This document shows, in pieces, positions 42,657 through 53,613 of a stretch of 64,000 bases of DNA. The notes beneath the pieces are model-generated. The model made no database searches. It saw nothing but the letters and a program-made list of their open reading frames with translations, and was not told where the DNA came from. The number at the start of each line of letters is the position of its first letter. The stretch's first letter is position 1. Source of the DNA: an uncultured Methanosarcinaceae archaeon (GTDB lineage: Archaea; Halobacteriota; Methanosarcinia; Methanosarcinales; Methanosarcinaceae); NCBI GenBank assembly GCA_963727895.1, contig CAVSHT010000009.1, forward strand, positions 288,001-352,000, written 5' to 3'. The position numbers and the translations under genes were made by a program.

Positions 42657-44981
42657 ATGACGCAAAAGAACGGATATATGCAGTATTTTACAAAACAAAG
42701 TTGCTACCCTAATCAGGCAGAAGCAATGGAAAAAATCCATTCTGCACTCCTGAACGAAAAAATAGTGCTTTTTGAGGGAGCTTGCGGGACAGGCAAGACT
42801 TTGAGTGCACTTGCGCCCGCATTGAGTGTGGGAAAAAAACTCAATAAGGTTATTATTATAGTCACCAATGTTCATCAGCAGATGGTTCAGTTTATAAGCG
42901 AAGCAAGAGAGATCTCCCAGGATAATGACATAAAAACAATTGTTTTTAAGGGCAAGACTTCCATGTGCCCTGAAAATCTCGATTATGAAGAATGCAAACT
43001 TCAAGGGGAAAATACCTACGATCTCCTTGACCTTGAGCGGGAAATATCGTCAAAGGAAAAAGAACTCAAGGACGCGCATGAAAAATACAAGCGGACAAAA
43101 GACCCTGCCCTTTACACATTAAGAATCGAGCTTGAAAAAGAACTTGAAGAAGCCAGGAAAAAAGCTCAGTCCTTGAGGAACAATTCCTGTCCCAAGCTTC
43201 ACGAAGTCCTGAAATTTGAAGGTAATGAATTTTCGAATTGGCTTTTTTCCGAGGTAAGAAGCCCGGAAGAAGTAATGGAATATGCAGAAGATCAGGACAT
43301 GTGCGGGTATGAATTGTTGAAAAAAGAACTCAAAAATACGGAACTTCTAATCTGCAATTTTCATCACGTCCTTAGTGCTGACATCTTCATGATGATGCTT
43401 AAATGGCTTGAACGTGACCCTGAAGATATTATCCTGATTTTTGACGAGGCACATAATATTGAGGCATCTGCTCGCTCCCATTCTTCAATCATGCTCTCGG
43501 AATTAACTATTGAAAAAGCTCTTTCCGAAGTAGGAGAAACTCCTGAACCTGATAACTCCATTTTCTTCGGCAAGAAAACTGGATCTGGAGATGGCATTCC
43601 CCTTGAAGAAGATTATGCAGCTCGGCTATATGCAAAAAGGCTGTTTTCCTGTCTTTTGAAAGCTGTCAGAGATACATATGATTCAAAATTGAAATTTGGA
43701 GAAAGAAACAGACTTGGAAAGAACTGGCAGGATATTCAGATAAGTGATCCTTATGAGCGCCTTGACATCCTGAAAACTCGCTTCTTGCGGGAAGCTATAA
43801 AGGAAGGATTTGAGGATGAAGAAAAAGTGTTAACGAGATTGAGGGAGATTAGCGAGTTTGGTGGGAGACTGGAGGAAATTTATGCGGAGAATTATAAAAA
43901 AGGACTTCTTGCAATTCCAAAACGTTCTCAAATTCGGTACGTTGCCGATTTTTTGTCCTCTTATCTCGTGCTCTCGGACAGACAAAATTATTATCCGATT
44001 CTAAACGTGCGCAAGGATTTTAAAAGCGATAGAGCTGTCGGTAGAATTGAACTCTTCACATGCATCCCCAAAAATGTAACCCAACCGTTACTAGATTCTG
44101 TTTATGCAGCAGTACTCATGTCGGCTACGCTTCGGCCATTTGAAATGATTAAATCCACACTTGGAATCTCCAGAGAAGTCGAAGAAATCTCCTACGGCAC
44201 AACTTTTCCCATGGAGAGAAGGCTTACACTTGCGGTCTCAATTCCTCCCCTTTTTGCAAAAAACCGTGATAGTCCTGAAACGTTTGAAAGTTTAAAAGAA
44301 ACTCTGTTAGCAGCTACCGTTGCATCAGCAGGGAATGTAATTATTTACTTTCAGAGCTATGCTGAAGCACTTCGTTATACCAAACTTCTTGAACCTGAAC
44401 TTTCTATTCCTATTTTTCTGGACGAAACGGGAGTTTCAGCCCAAGAAATCCGAGAGAAGTTTTTTAAAATAGGAGAAACAGGAGGAAAAGCGTTACTTGT
44501 AACTTATCTCTGGGGAACATTGAGTGAAGGTGTTGATTTTAAAGATTCTCGAGGCAGGACAGTAATTATAGTTGGAGTAGGTTATCCAGCTCTAAATGAT
44601 CGAATTAAGGCTGTAGAATCTGCATATGATACGGTTTTCGGCTTTGGAGAAGGCTGGGAATTTGCAGTTCAAGTTCCGACAATAAGAAAAGTTAGACAGG
44701 CAATGGGAAGAGTAGTACGCTCTCCAGAAGACTATGGAGTAATAATTTTACTTGATTCCCGGTATCAGGGTTCTCAAATGCATAAACTTGGCAAATTCTC
44801 AGTTTTTAACTATTTTCCACCTGAAAAAAAGAAAGAGTTCATCGATGTTGCGCCAAAAGACGTAGGAAATTTTGTAGAAGAATTTTTTGCACATATTAAA
44901 TCAAATAATCATGAAAAAAAGGAGTCGGAATCCCCGACTTCAAGTCGACTGGATTTTGGAAGCCTTGCAGAAAAACTTTGA
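42657..44981 (+). CDS. XPD/Rad3-family ATP-dependent DNA helicase
   Basis: GACGTGKT, DEAH, MSATL, SEGVDF, QAMGRVVRS; Fe-S cysteines. Confidence 0.93.
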   Translation: MTQKNGYMQYFTKQSCYPNQAEAMEKIHSALLNEKIVLFEGACGTGKTLSALAPALSVGKKLNKVIIIVTNVHQQMVQFISEAREISQDNDIKTIVFKGKTSMCPENLDYEECKLQGENTYDLLDLEREISSKEKELKDAHEKYKRTKDPALYTLRIELEKELEEARKKAQSLRNNSCPKLHEVLKFEGNEFSNWLFSEVRSPEEVMEYAEDQDMCGYELLKKELKNTELLICNFHHVLSADIFMMMLKWLERDPEDIILIFDEAHNIEASARSHSSIMLSELTIEKALSEVGETPEPDNSIFFGKKTGSGDGIPLEEDYAARLYAKRLFSCLLKAVRDTYDSKLKFGERNRLGKNWQDIQISDPYERLDILKTRFLREAIKEGFEDEEKVLTRLREISEFGGRLEEIYAENYKKGLLAIPKRSQIRYVADFLSSYLVLSDRQNYYPILNVRKDFKSDRAVGRIELFTCIPKNVTQPLLDSVYAAVLMSATLRPFEMIKSTLGISREVEEISYGTTFPMERRLTLAVSIPPLFAKNRDSPETFESLKETLLAATVASAGNVIIYFQSYAEALRYTKLLEPELSIPIFLDETGVSAQEIREKFFKIGETGGKALLVTYLWGTLSEGVDFKDSRGRTVIIVGVGYPALNDRIKAVESAYDTVFGFGEGWEFAVQVPTIRKVRQAMGRVVRSPEDYGVIILLDSRYQGSQMHKLGKFSVFNYFPPEKKKEFIDVAPKDVGNFVEEFFAHIKSNNHEKKESESPTSSRLDFGSLAEKL

Positions 44982-45124
44982 ACTCCTTTGAGTTAAATAA
45001 TTTGAAATTTAGCCGGTTTCCTCAACAGAATAAAAAGAGTTGCCTGTCATTCATATTTGAATTTCAGGCATTAAGTTACTTATTATACAAGATTTTTCAA
45101 TCTAGCTATTATAAAGCTGTCTAC

Positions 45125-46812
45125 TTATGTTACTTTTATATAATTTGCTCTTGTCTTCGTACCCATTCCGGCTGCATTACTCACACTCAGTGTTACTGAA
45201 TAGTTGCCTGCTTTTGAATAAGTGTGTCTTGGATTCTGTAGTGTTGAATATGTTCCATCTCCAAAACTCCATTTCCATGCAGTGGGAGTCCTGTACTTGC
45301 ATCTGTAAAACCAAGGGTTATAGGAGCTGTCCCTGATGTTCGTGATCGCCCAGAAGCTTACAACAGGTTTTGTTGAACGTTAGGTGGTGTATTCGCTGTG
45401 ACTTTTATGTAGCTGGCTTTTGTTGTGGCATTACTACCAGCGAATTACTTACTGTAAGTGAACGGTATAGTTTCCTGCTGCAGAATATGTATGTGTTGGA
45501 GTCTTTATGGTTGAATTTGCAGTTCCGTCTCCAAAGTCCAGTTCCATGCGGTTGGTGTGTTCTGTACTCTTGTCGGTGAAAAAACATTAAGTGGTGCAGT
45601 TCCTGAGGTCACGTTGCTCCCGAAACTTGAAACTGGTTTTTGTGTAGTTATAGCCGTCCCTAAATTTACATAGTGGGTTTTATTGTCGTATTACTACCTG
45701 CTAATTACTTACTGTAAGTGTAACGGTATAGTTTCCTGGTGCAGAATATGTATGTGTTGGATTCTGTAACAGTTGCTTTGTTGTTCCATCCCCAAAGCTC
45801 CAGTTCCACGAAGTCGGTGATGCTTGTACTTGTATCTTTAAAGGAAACTGTTTAATGGTGCAGTTCCGGAAGTAGGTTTAGCAGAAAATGCAGCAATCAG
45901 TGGAGTCGGAACAGATTTATCAGCTAATGGGAGGTAGTCAGAATATATGCTACCTGTTATGTTTTTATATGGAGAATCGGAAATCCCATCTCCATTGTTA
46001 TCGATAGCAGTATTGGAAAATCCGGTTCCATCAGGTTTTCCCCAGAAGTTACCTCCTATATAAGATCCACCTATGATATTAGTGCCTGCAGTTTTTGTGG
46101 TGTTATAAAGATTTCCTATTCCGTTTTTAATACTTATGTTAGTATCATTAAAGTAATTGTTGTAAATTAAATTCCTGTCACTATGGGAGCAGATGAAAAA
46201 ACCGTAAATAATGTTGTTTCGAATAGTATTTCCTAATAGTGTATTGCCGTCAGAATTACCAATATGAATTCCCTGGATTTTGTTATCCAAAACTGTATTT
46301 TCTGAAAGAATATTGTATGTAGCTGTTCCAAGTAAAATTCCATACTGTCCATTGTTCATGGCTGTATTCTGTGAAAGTATATTTCCTTTTGAATTTAGGA
46401 CATAGATTCCATAAGAGTTGTTCAGAAGTTTATTGTTCTCGATCGTGCAGTTATTGCATGAAGACAAACAAATTCCTGAATAACCGGATATGATTGCTCC
46501 AACAATCTGAAGCCCACTAATTTTTATGTTGTTAGCCTGTATGAAGAAAACGTTGGCACCTGAACTTCTAGCTTTAACAATTGTATTAGCAGGATTTCCA
46601 GATTCGGATCTAACCGTAATATTACTTTTAGTTATGTTGATATTTTCAATATAGGTTCCAGGTTTTATAGTTATCACATCACCTGAACTTGAGTTATTCA
46701 CAGCTTTTTGTATCGAGCTTCCGGGGCTTACGAAAATCTCAGCTGCGGCACCTATGCCTGAAATTAATGTAAATATGAGAAAAATTACTAATAAGAAAGT
46801 TAATTTTTTTAT
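45125..46812 (-). pseudogene. NosD (beta-helix) + PKD-repeat cell-surface protein; PKD region frameshifted
   Basis: Signal peptide, SIQKAV, NIIGGSYIGGNFW..PDGTGFS, DYLPL, then broken PKD repeats ([19 protein letters not shown]). Confidence 0.85.
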
Positions 46813-47397
46813 TTAAATTCCTCCGTCCATTTTTAAAATTTGAGTGAAAAAAACCTGTTATAATTAATCAGATATTTATACTGTGTACCCATCATAATAA
46901 TGAACAAATGTAAGGGTACTAAGCTTATTCTAAGAATTTACACATACATAGCAAAATTCTATAGTCAAGTAGATTTAATAAAGTCAAAGTTGGATATAAA
47001 ACAATATAAATATGTTGATTTAAATTATAAATAAATACTTAATGTTTCGAAAAAAAAAGGAATAAGACGCTTATTTGAAAAGTGTACTTTTATTTGCAGC
47101 GATTTGCACTTATTTTGGCATATAAAATAAATACTGAAAAACATTTTGCTTTATAAAAGATCGTTATAAAATTAGGGTATTTTATAGTAGTTCATACCAT
47201 ACAATGAAAAGAGTATTTTGCCTATATTAGTAGAGATGCTTCCGTAAAAAATGTTCAACTTCAAAATTATTAGATAGGCAATTATTTAAATAGATTAGTT
47301 TTATTAATTCTCCATAACTAGATTAAATTAATTTAAAAATAGAAAACTAGAAAAAAACTTATAATCTCTATATAAAAAAATAGAGGATGGAAATAAA

Positions 47398-47865
47398 ATG
47401 GGTGTAGAAGCCACAATCAAAGAAATTGCAGGTGAACTTGAAAAAATCGCAACTACTAAAACTGTAGTTGGAGAACCCATTACTGCTTCCGGAAAAACAA
47501 TTATTCCGATTTCAAGAATTACCATGGGTTTTGGAGCAGGTGGAGAAGAGGGCAAAAAAGACACCGAGTCTGGATATGGAGGTGGCGGGGGTGCAGGTGC
47601 AAAAATAGAACCTGTAGCATTTATTATGCTTTCTGAAGAAGAAGCCAAAATTTTCCGGATTTCAGAAAGGAGTGACGCCGGATCAATACTTAGTTCAATT
47701 CCTGATCTTGTACCTGAGATTATGGACAAACTAAAAGGTATAAGAGGAAAAAACAAAAAAGAAGAGAAATCAGAAGACCAGGAAATTAAAAGAAAAGAAG
47801 CTCCAGAAATGGGAACTGCAGAAGGAAACGAGATTAAAATTGAAGAAGAGAAATGTTTCCACTAA
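47398..47865 (+). CDS. GerW/YtfJ family protein
   Basis: TVVGEPI, IIPISRITMGFGAGG, GGGGGAGAKIEPVAF. Confidence 0.88.
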   Translation: MGVEATIKEIAGELEKIATTKTVVGEPITASGKTIIPISRITMGFGAGGEEGKKDTESGYGGGGGAGAKIEPVAFIMLSEEEAKIFRISERSDAGSILSSIPDLVPEIMDKLKGIRGKNKKEEKSEDQEIKRKEAPEMGTAEGNEIKIEEEKCFH

Positions 47866-47962
47866 AGATTCTATAATTTAAACCTTTTTAAGGAACTTTT
47901 TCGGGTCTAAACTTAAAAGAATAAGTTTTCAGGATAGTTATGACTATCCTTTTTCCCTAAAA

Positions 47963-48922
47963 ATGCTTAATATGCTGGTAATTACTCTTCTTCTGCTGAT
48001 CTTTGTATTCATTTTATTACTACTTTTTACAGCGATAGGCTTCACTTTCAAGTTTAATATTTTAAGTTTAGAAGAAAAAGAAGAATTCGAAGGCAAATTA
48101 ACTGTAAAATGGCTGCTTTTTTCCCATACGTTCTCATTAGAAGAAGACGAAAACGAAAGCCTTTTTGAAGAATCAGAATACTCGAAAGAGGAAAAAAAAA
48201 TAAAAGAAAAGCAAAGTGAAATAGGGCTGGATGAGCCTAAAAATATACAAACCTCTATAGAGACACAAAATAAAGCTGAAGAGAAAGAACCAGATGAAGA
48301 AAAAATAGAAGTAGATGAAGTTAAAGCAGGAAAAATAGAAATAGACGCTAATAAAGGAAAAACTGAAAAAACTGAAAAAGACAGAGAAAAAAGAATAGAA
48401 ATAAAAGAGAATAAAAGAAAAAAAAATATAATTGCAAGGATACGAGGAAAAAAAGAGCCTGAAATTGAAGAACCTATGGAAGCTGGAATGTCTACCAGGG
48501 AAATGCTTCACTGGGCCCTGGAAGCGTTCAAATCTCTCAGAGGTCCTCTTTTTCGTTTATTTTCAGATCTGCTTAATGGAATTAAAGTTAAGCGCTTAAA
48601 ATCTAACATAACATTTGGTCTTTCGGATCCTGCAGACACAGGTATGCTCTGCGGATTAATACATGCGATTGCAGGCTTGACCTACAGCCGGTGCAAGAAT
48701 TGCAGTTTTGTCATTAACCCTTTATTTACAAATCCAATTGTGGATATTCGTGGGGACATAGATGTCCGTGTAAGAATATATTCTCTGATTTTTCCAATGA
48801 TTAAATTTATATGTAACAGGAAAACTTTATCATTTACTTATTCGATTATTAGGGAAAAACTCTGGGGGAAATGGAAGTTCAAGCTAATGGGAATTAAATT
48901 CCTAAGCTTTATGAATAGATAA
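47963..48922 (+). CDS. DUF2953 (YtfI-like) membrane-anchored protein
   Basis: N-terminal TM, E/K-rich linker, FGLSDPADTGMLCG. Confidence 0.78.
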   Translation: MLNMLVITLLLLIFVFILLLLFTAIGFTFKFNILSLEEKEEFEGKLTVKWLLFSHTFSLEEDENESLFEESEYSKEEKKIKEKQSEIGLDEPKNIQTSIETQNKAEEKEPDEEKIEVDEVKAGKIEIDANKGKTEKTEKDREKRIEIKENKRKKNIIARIRGKKEPEIEEPMEAGMSTREMLHWALEAFKSLRGPLFRLFSDLLNGIKVKRLKSNITFGLSDPADTGMLCGLIHAIAGLTYSRCKNCSFVINPLFTNPIVDIRGDIDVRVRIYSLIFPMIKFICNRKTLSFTYSIIREKLWGKWKFKLMGIKFLSFMNR

Positions 48923-48938
48923 TGAGGTACAGATATAC

Positions 48939-49910
48939 ATGATTAAAGTAGTGACTCCATCCAGACTTCATCTCACCCTGATAGATCTCAATGCAGAGAT
49001 AGGCAGGGTTGATGGAGGAGCGGGAATCGCTCTGGAATCTCCCAGCCTGGAAATTATTGCAACTGAAGCTGATAATATAGAAGTCATCGGAAATCCTATT
49101 CTTGCAGGAAAAATGAAAAAAGCTGCACAAGCTATCCTCCCGGAAGGAAAAGGAATAAGACTTAATATTGATCAAAGTCTTCCTGATCATGTTGGACTTG
49201 GTTCAGGGACTCAGGCTGCACTCTCAACAGCAGTAGCCGTAAATAAGATATATGGACTAGGGAAAAGTGTGAGGAAACTTGCAGTTGCAGTAGGTAGGGG
49301 CGGCACATCTGGAATTGGAGTTGCTGCTTTTGAAAATGGCGGCTTTATTCTGGACGGAGGGCATAAGTTCAAAGATAAAGGTGCATTTTCCCCGTCTTCA
49401 GCCAGCCACGTTCCTCCTGGTCCTGTTCTTTTTAGAAGAAACTTTCCTGATTGGCCTATTGTTCTTGTAATCCCTAATGGACAAGGAGCTCACGATACGG
49501 AAGAAGTGGACCTTTTCAAAAAGTTTTGTCCAATTCCCCTTCCCGAGGTTCAGGAAGTTTGTCATGTAATCCTCATGCAGATGCTTCCTGCAATTGTTGA
49601 AGAAGATCTGGAAAGTTTCGGCAAGGCAGTTAATCATATCCAGACTGCAGGTTTTAAGAGAAGAGAAGTCGAACTTCAATCACAGCCTGTTCTGGATATT
49701 ATGCATTACATGCGCGATAATGGAGCAAGCGGCTCAGGTGTCAGTTCTTTCGGGCCAGTAGTTTATGGAATTGTCGGAAGTGTTGCAGAAGGCAAAAAAC
49801 TACAGCATGAAGCTCAGCGCATGCTTGATGAGTCAGTTGGAGGTAAAGTCCTGCTAACAAAGGCAAGAAACCAGGGTGCAGCCATTTATGGGGGCCCAAA
49901 TTGGAAATAA
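48939..49910 (+). CDS. mptG: Beta-ribofuranosylaminobenzene 5'-phosphate synthase
   Basis: TPSRLHLTLIDL, HVGLGSGTQ, GRGGTSGIG, GGFILDGGH, SSFGP. Confidence 0.92.
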   Translation: MIKVVTPSRLHLTLIDLNAEIGRVDGGAGIALESPSLEIIATEADNIEVIGNPILAGKMKKAAQAILPEGKGIRLNIDQSLPDHVGLGSGTQAALSTAVAVNKIYGLGKSVRKLAVAVGRGGTSGIGVAAFENGGFILDGGHKFKDKGAFSPSSASHVPPGPVLFRRNFPDWPIVLVIPNGQGAHDTEEVDLFKKFCPIPLPEVQEVCHVILMQMLPAIVEEDLESFGKAVNHIQTAGFKRREVELQSQPVLDIMHYMRDNGASGSGVSSFGPVVYGIVGSVAEGKKLQHEAQRMLDESVGGKVLLTKARNQGAAIYGGPNWK

Positions 49911-50911
49911 ATACCTGGTTTGGAGTTTTGGAAACAAATAAAGCCGGAGAAATTCTTGAATCCAAACTGATTCCAAAAGATGTCCGTGAGCTTGCTATGT
50001 ATTCCCTCTCCCTAAGGGATAGAAGGGAGAATCTTCCTCCCGAAGGCTTTGACCTCAAAAATACAGCTCTCAAATGCGAATTTGTAGAATCTCCTGCCGA
50101 ATACTACTCTCTTTTACATGAAGTCACTATAGAAGCTGCAAAAATCCAGGTTTCAGGCGCTTTGACCCCAGACCAGCGAATTATTCAGGCCGTAGAAGCC
50201 CTAGACGACATCAATGAAACGGCAAATTCTCTCTCAGAAAGGCTTTTTGAATGGTATGGAGGTTATTTCCCGGAAAGCGGATTAGGTGGAGAAGAGCTTG
50301 CACATTTTATTGTAAAATATGGTTCTCGTGAAAATGTTAGTTATGAAGACCCTCTTTATTCAAAAGCCAGAAATTCAATGGGTGCAAAGCTTAAACCTTC
50401 AGATGAATTACTTCTGAAAGGTTTTGCAGAAAATGTGTGCAACCTCTATGAACAGAGGCGACAGATCGAGACTTATATTGATGACAGTATGGAACTGGTT
50501 GCACCTAACCTGAAACTTATTGCAGGCCCGATGCTAGGGGCAAGATTAATAAGTATGGCAGGAAGCCTCGGAAAACTTGCTGATTTTCCTTCCAGCACTA
50601 TTCAGGTTATAGGGGCTAACAAGGCTCTATTTAAGCATCTCAGAGCTCGAGCTCCATCTCCTAAGCACGGAATCATCTACAGCCACCATCTGATAAACAC
50701 TGCGCCCTGGTGGGTAAGGGGAAAGATAGCAAGAGCTGTTGCATCAAAATTGTCTCTTGCTGCACGTATTGACTTTTATTCAGAGAAAAAAAATCCATCT
50801 CTTGCCGAAAAACTTGAAACAAAGGTTACACAAATCAGGGCTTTGAACATGAAACCTCCTGAAAAAAAGCAAAAACGCGGGACTAATCCAAAGAAAAGGA
50901 GGCGAAAATAA
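49901..50911 (+). CDS. nop5: Box C/D RNP protein Nop5 (NOP56/58)
   Basis: APNL..IAGPMLGARLI, PSSTIQVIGA.KALF, PKHGII, RGKIAR. Confidence 0.92.
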   Translation: MEINTWFGVLETNKAGEILESKLIPKDVRELAMYSLSLRDRRENLPPEGFDLKNTALKCEFVESPAEYYSLLHEVTIEAAKIQVSGALTPDQRIIQAVEALDDINETANSLSERLFEWYGGYFPESGLGGEELAHFIVKYGSRENVSYEDPLYSKARNSMGAKLKPSDELLLKGFAENVCNLYEQRRQIETYIDDSMELVAPNLKLIAGPMLGARLISMAGSLGKLADFPSSTIQVIGANKALFKHLRARAPSPKHGIIYSHHLINTAPWWVRGKIARAVASKLSLAARIDFYSEKKNPSLAEKLETKVTQIRALNMKPPEKKQKRGTNPKKRRRK

Positions 50912-51595
50912 ATGATTGAAGTCAAAAAGCTGTCAGACGGAATCTTTGAAGTTATAAAAGATAAAAAACAGCTTGCTACAAAGAATCTTGACCCTGGAAA
51001 AACAGTTTATGGAGAAAAACTGATAACGGTTGAAGGAATTGAGTACAGGACATGGGACCCTCGAAGAAGCAAACTGGGGGCCATGATCCTGAAAAAATTT
51101 AATATTGCCTTTAAAGAAGATATGAAGGTACTCTATCTAGGAGCGTCTTCGGGTACAACGGTCAGTCATGTCTCTGATATTGTCTCCGAAGGTGCGGTGT
51201 ATGCTGTTGAGTTTGCTCCAAGAAGCATGAGAGATCTTATAGGACTAGCATCAAGAAGAAAAAATGTACACCCGATTTTAGCTGATGCCGGAAAACCTTA
51301 CAGTTACTCTCATATAGTAGAGCCCGTAGATCTTATTTTTCAGGACGTTGCACAGCCAAACCAAGCTGAAATCGCCGCAAGAAACGCCACCCGTTTTTTA
51401 AAAAAAGAAGGATATCTCCTGCTTTCCATCAAAGCGCGAAGTATCGATACTGCAGCAAACCCGAAAGAGATTTTTAAGGAAGAGATAAAAAAACTCGAAC
51501 AGGCTTTTGAGCCCGGATTCGAGATTCTTTATGCAAAGGATCTGATGCCTTATCATGAAGACCATATGGGAATTTTGGCGAAATTTAAAAAATAA
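50912..51595 (+). CDS. flpA: Fibrillarin-like rRNA/tRNA 2'-O-methyltransferase
   Basis: WDPRRSKL, VLYLGASSGTTVSHVSD, FQDVAQPNQ. Confidence 0.96.
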   Translation: MIEVKKLSDGIFEVIKDKKQLATKNLDPGKTVYGEKLITVEGIEYRTWDPRRSKLGAMILKKFNIAFKEDMKVLYLGASSGTTVSHVSDIVSEGAVYAVEFAPRSMRDLIGLASRRKNVHPILADAGKPYSYSHIVEPVDLIFQDVAQPNQAEIAARNATRFLKKEGYLLLSIKARSIDTAANPKEIFKEEIKKLEQAFEPGFEILYAKDLMPYHEDHMGILAKFKK

Positions 51596-51596
51596 T

Positions 51597-52019
51597 TCAT
51601 TCGATACTTTCTTCAATCTTTTTTATATAAGGTTTAATATCCAGGATAGGAGTCCCATTTATTGCATCAAGTTCTTTTACATGAAGCACGTTACCTTCCA
51701 CTTTTAAAAGCTCTACAATCGTTAGTCCTATCCCATTAGGGCGATAGGGGCTTCGGCTTGCATAGACTCCAGAAATCTCGCCATCGTAACGGCGGCGCTG
51801 AGTTAATTTATATCCTTCAGATTCGCTGAAGTAAAAAAGAATGTACAATTTTTCAAAGTCGTCTATCCTGTAAAGTCCATCTGTAAATTCTTTTTTGAGG
51901 ACTATCTGTGAGACTTTCTTGTATACTTCTTCGTTGTAGACCGGCTCAAGATAGTCATTTTCAACGTAGCCTACAGGAATTATTTCAATTGTTTTAAAAG
52001 TTTCTGAATTTTCATTCAT
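51597..52019 (-). CDS. tsaA: TrmO/TsaA-like tRNA methyltransferase domain protein
   Basis: GVYASRSPYRPNGIGLT, LDAINGTPILDIKPY. Confidence 0.85.
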   Translation of the reverse strand: MNENSETFKTIEIIPVGYVENDYLEPVYNEEVYKKVSQIVLKKEFTDGLYRIDDFEKLYILFYFSESEGYKLTQRRRYDGEISGVYASRSPYRPNGIGLTIVELLKVEGNVLHVKELDAINGTPILDIKPYIKKIEESIE

Positions 52020-52596
52020 ACTTTGCCTCAAAACATGGAATGCAAACGATTTCTCCATTTTTGACTCTACCCAGAGGTTCCATAAAACCTTCCCCGCATT
52101 TACTGCAGATAAGAGTAGGATAAATTATTGCTTTTTCAGGAGGCTCAACTTCTAATTCTTTAACCCAGAAAAGCTCTTCTTCTGGCATTGTTAAAATTTT
52201 CTGGTTTTTTGCGTCGTGCGAAGCTCGAAATTCTTTTGCTTCTTCAGGGCTTGCAATACCTGCTCTCAGTTTTGCAAAGAGAATTGTATGTTTTTCGTCT
52301 TGAGGAAGGGCATTGGGTTTCAAAGAAATTCTCAGAGCTTTATTCTCGCCTCTTTTGAAGAATGTGTAAACGTGTTTACCGTAATCTTTGAAAATAAGGT
52401 TACCTTTTCCATAAGTGCAGCCGTTTATTACCTGAATAGCATCCACGGCGCAGGATCGATTTTCTGCAATTGCGACCAGTTCTTCATCTTCACTACGGTC
52501 TTTGAAATGATTGGCAGCAAGTACTGCAACTCTGTAACCAATGGAAAGCCCTGGGCAAACATGTCCATGAAACTGTGCTACGTTATTGAAATCCAA
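52012..52596 (-). CDS. FmdE family protein with C-terminal Zn finger
   Basis: FHGHVCPGLSIGYR, CAVDAIQ, CTYGKGNL, CSKCGE..CIPC. Confidence 0.9.
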   Translation of the reverse strand: MDFNNVAQFHGHVCPGLSIGYRVAVLAANHFKDRSEDEELVAIAENRSCAVDAIQVINGCTYGKGNLIFKDYGKHVYTFFKRGENKALRISLKPNALPQDEKHTILFAKLRAGIASPEEAKEFRASHDAKNQKILTMPEEELFWVKELEVEPPEKAIIYPTLICSKCGEGFMEPLGRVKNGEIVCIPCFEAKYE

Positions 52597-53129
52597 GTTT
52601 TTAACTCCTATTTTTGCTTATACTTTTACTAAGTTTCACTTTAGGTAATGTTATAGGTGTTTATCTTTGAAGAAACGATTGAATATTATGTAATTACTAT
52701 TAATACGTTTTTTATTCAATTTATATTACTAAATATTTATTAAGTATTAAGCTCAAGCTTGTTTTCAGAGACTTTTTATTATTTTCTGGTCTTGTATTAA
52801 TTGCAGTCAATTGCTAGTGAAATTAATGGTAAATTTTGGCAATTCCAGAAGATATTAAAAAGTCTCTGTTTTCAAGGTTTAAGAAATTGGAACGTTCGGT
52901 CTTACCATTCAGCTTTTTAACTTTATTACGTGAACTACAATAAGAACAAAGTATGGCTTGAGAATTTAAATTCAATTTTATTTAAGACTTTTAACTGAGT
53001 ATGATAATTAATTCAGGTCATTCTTAATTCAAGAACATATAGTTGCTTAAGACGTGTTGAAAAAGAGCAGATCAAATTTGAAAATATTTACTTTATGAAC
53101 CTGATAAATTTAACTATGCAAGCCATAAC

Positions 53130-53325
53130 CTGAAAATAAGTATCCCTTTTTTGGATTAGATAATAAGGAAGCTTAAAATTAAAATCACACTGAACCAAAA
53201 AATTACCAAAAACAACCATTATAATTGGGAGCCTTGTGCCACCTCTGATTGGCTCCCAATCGCATGATTCAACCCCTGCGATCAAGAGAAAAACCCCTTG
53301 ACTCTTAATCGCTAACTTTCTTTTT
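53130..53325 (+). ncRNA. Candidate sRNA with C-rich stem-loops (5' end uncertain)
   Basis: 10-bp stem ATTGGGAGCC/GGCTCCCAAT, two further stems with AACCCC loops, A-rich linker before and U-tract after, in an otherwise very AT-rich 1-kb spacer. Confidence 0.5.
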
Positions 53326-53613
53326 ATGTTAAAGGTGTATATAACCTATGCGACTTTGAAATTTGCCTATCATTAAATAATTTATCCACTTCAAAATCAG
53401 ATATTTTGGACTAAATAAATAGCTTAGATATATTTACAATTTATTTTCCAATTTAATCCGATTAATTTATGTAAGGAAAAATAACACTTGACGAGATATA
53501 AATATTTATATTAAAATTTATTAAAATTATATAATGTAAGTAAAGAATTTAGAATAAATAAGGTTGCAAAATTAGGAAGACATTTATTAATTACCGCTAT
53601 ATATAATAGAAAT

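Noticed and set aside
52700..52729. NikR-like operator upstream of the fmdE-family gene
   Set aside because: TTAATAC...ATATTAC half-sites are imperfect, with uncertain spacing, in extremely AT-rich DNA; cannot be told from chance
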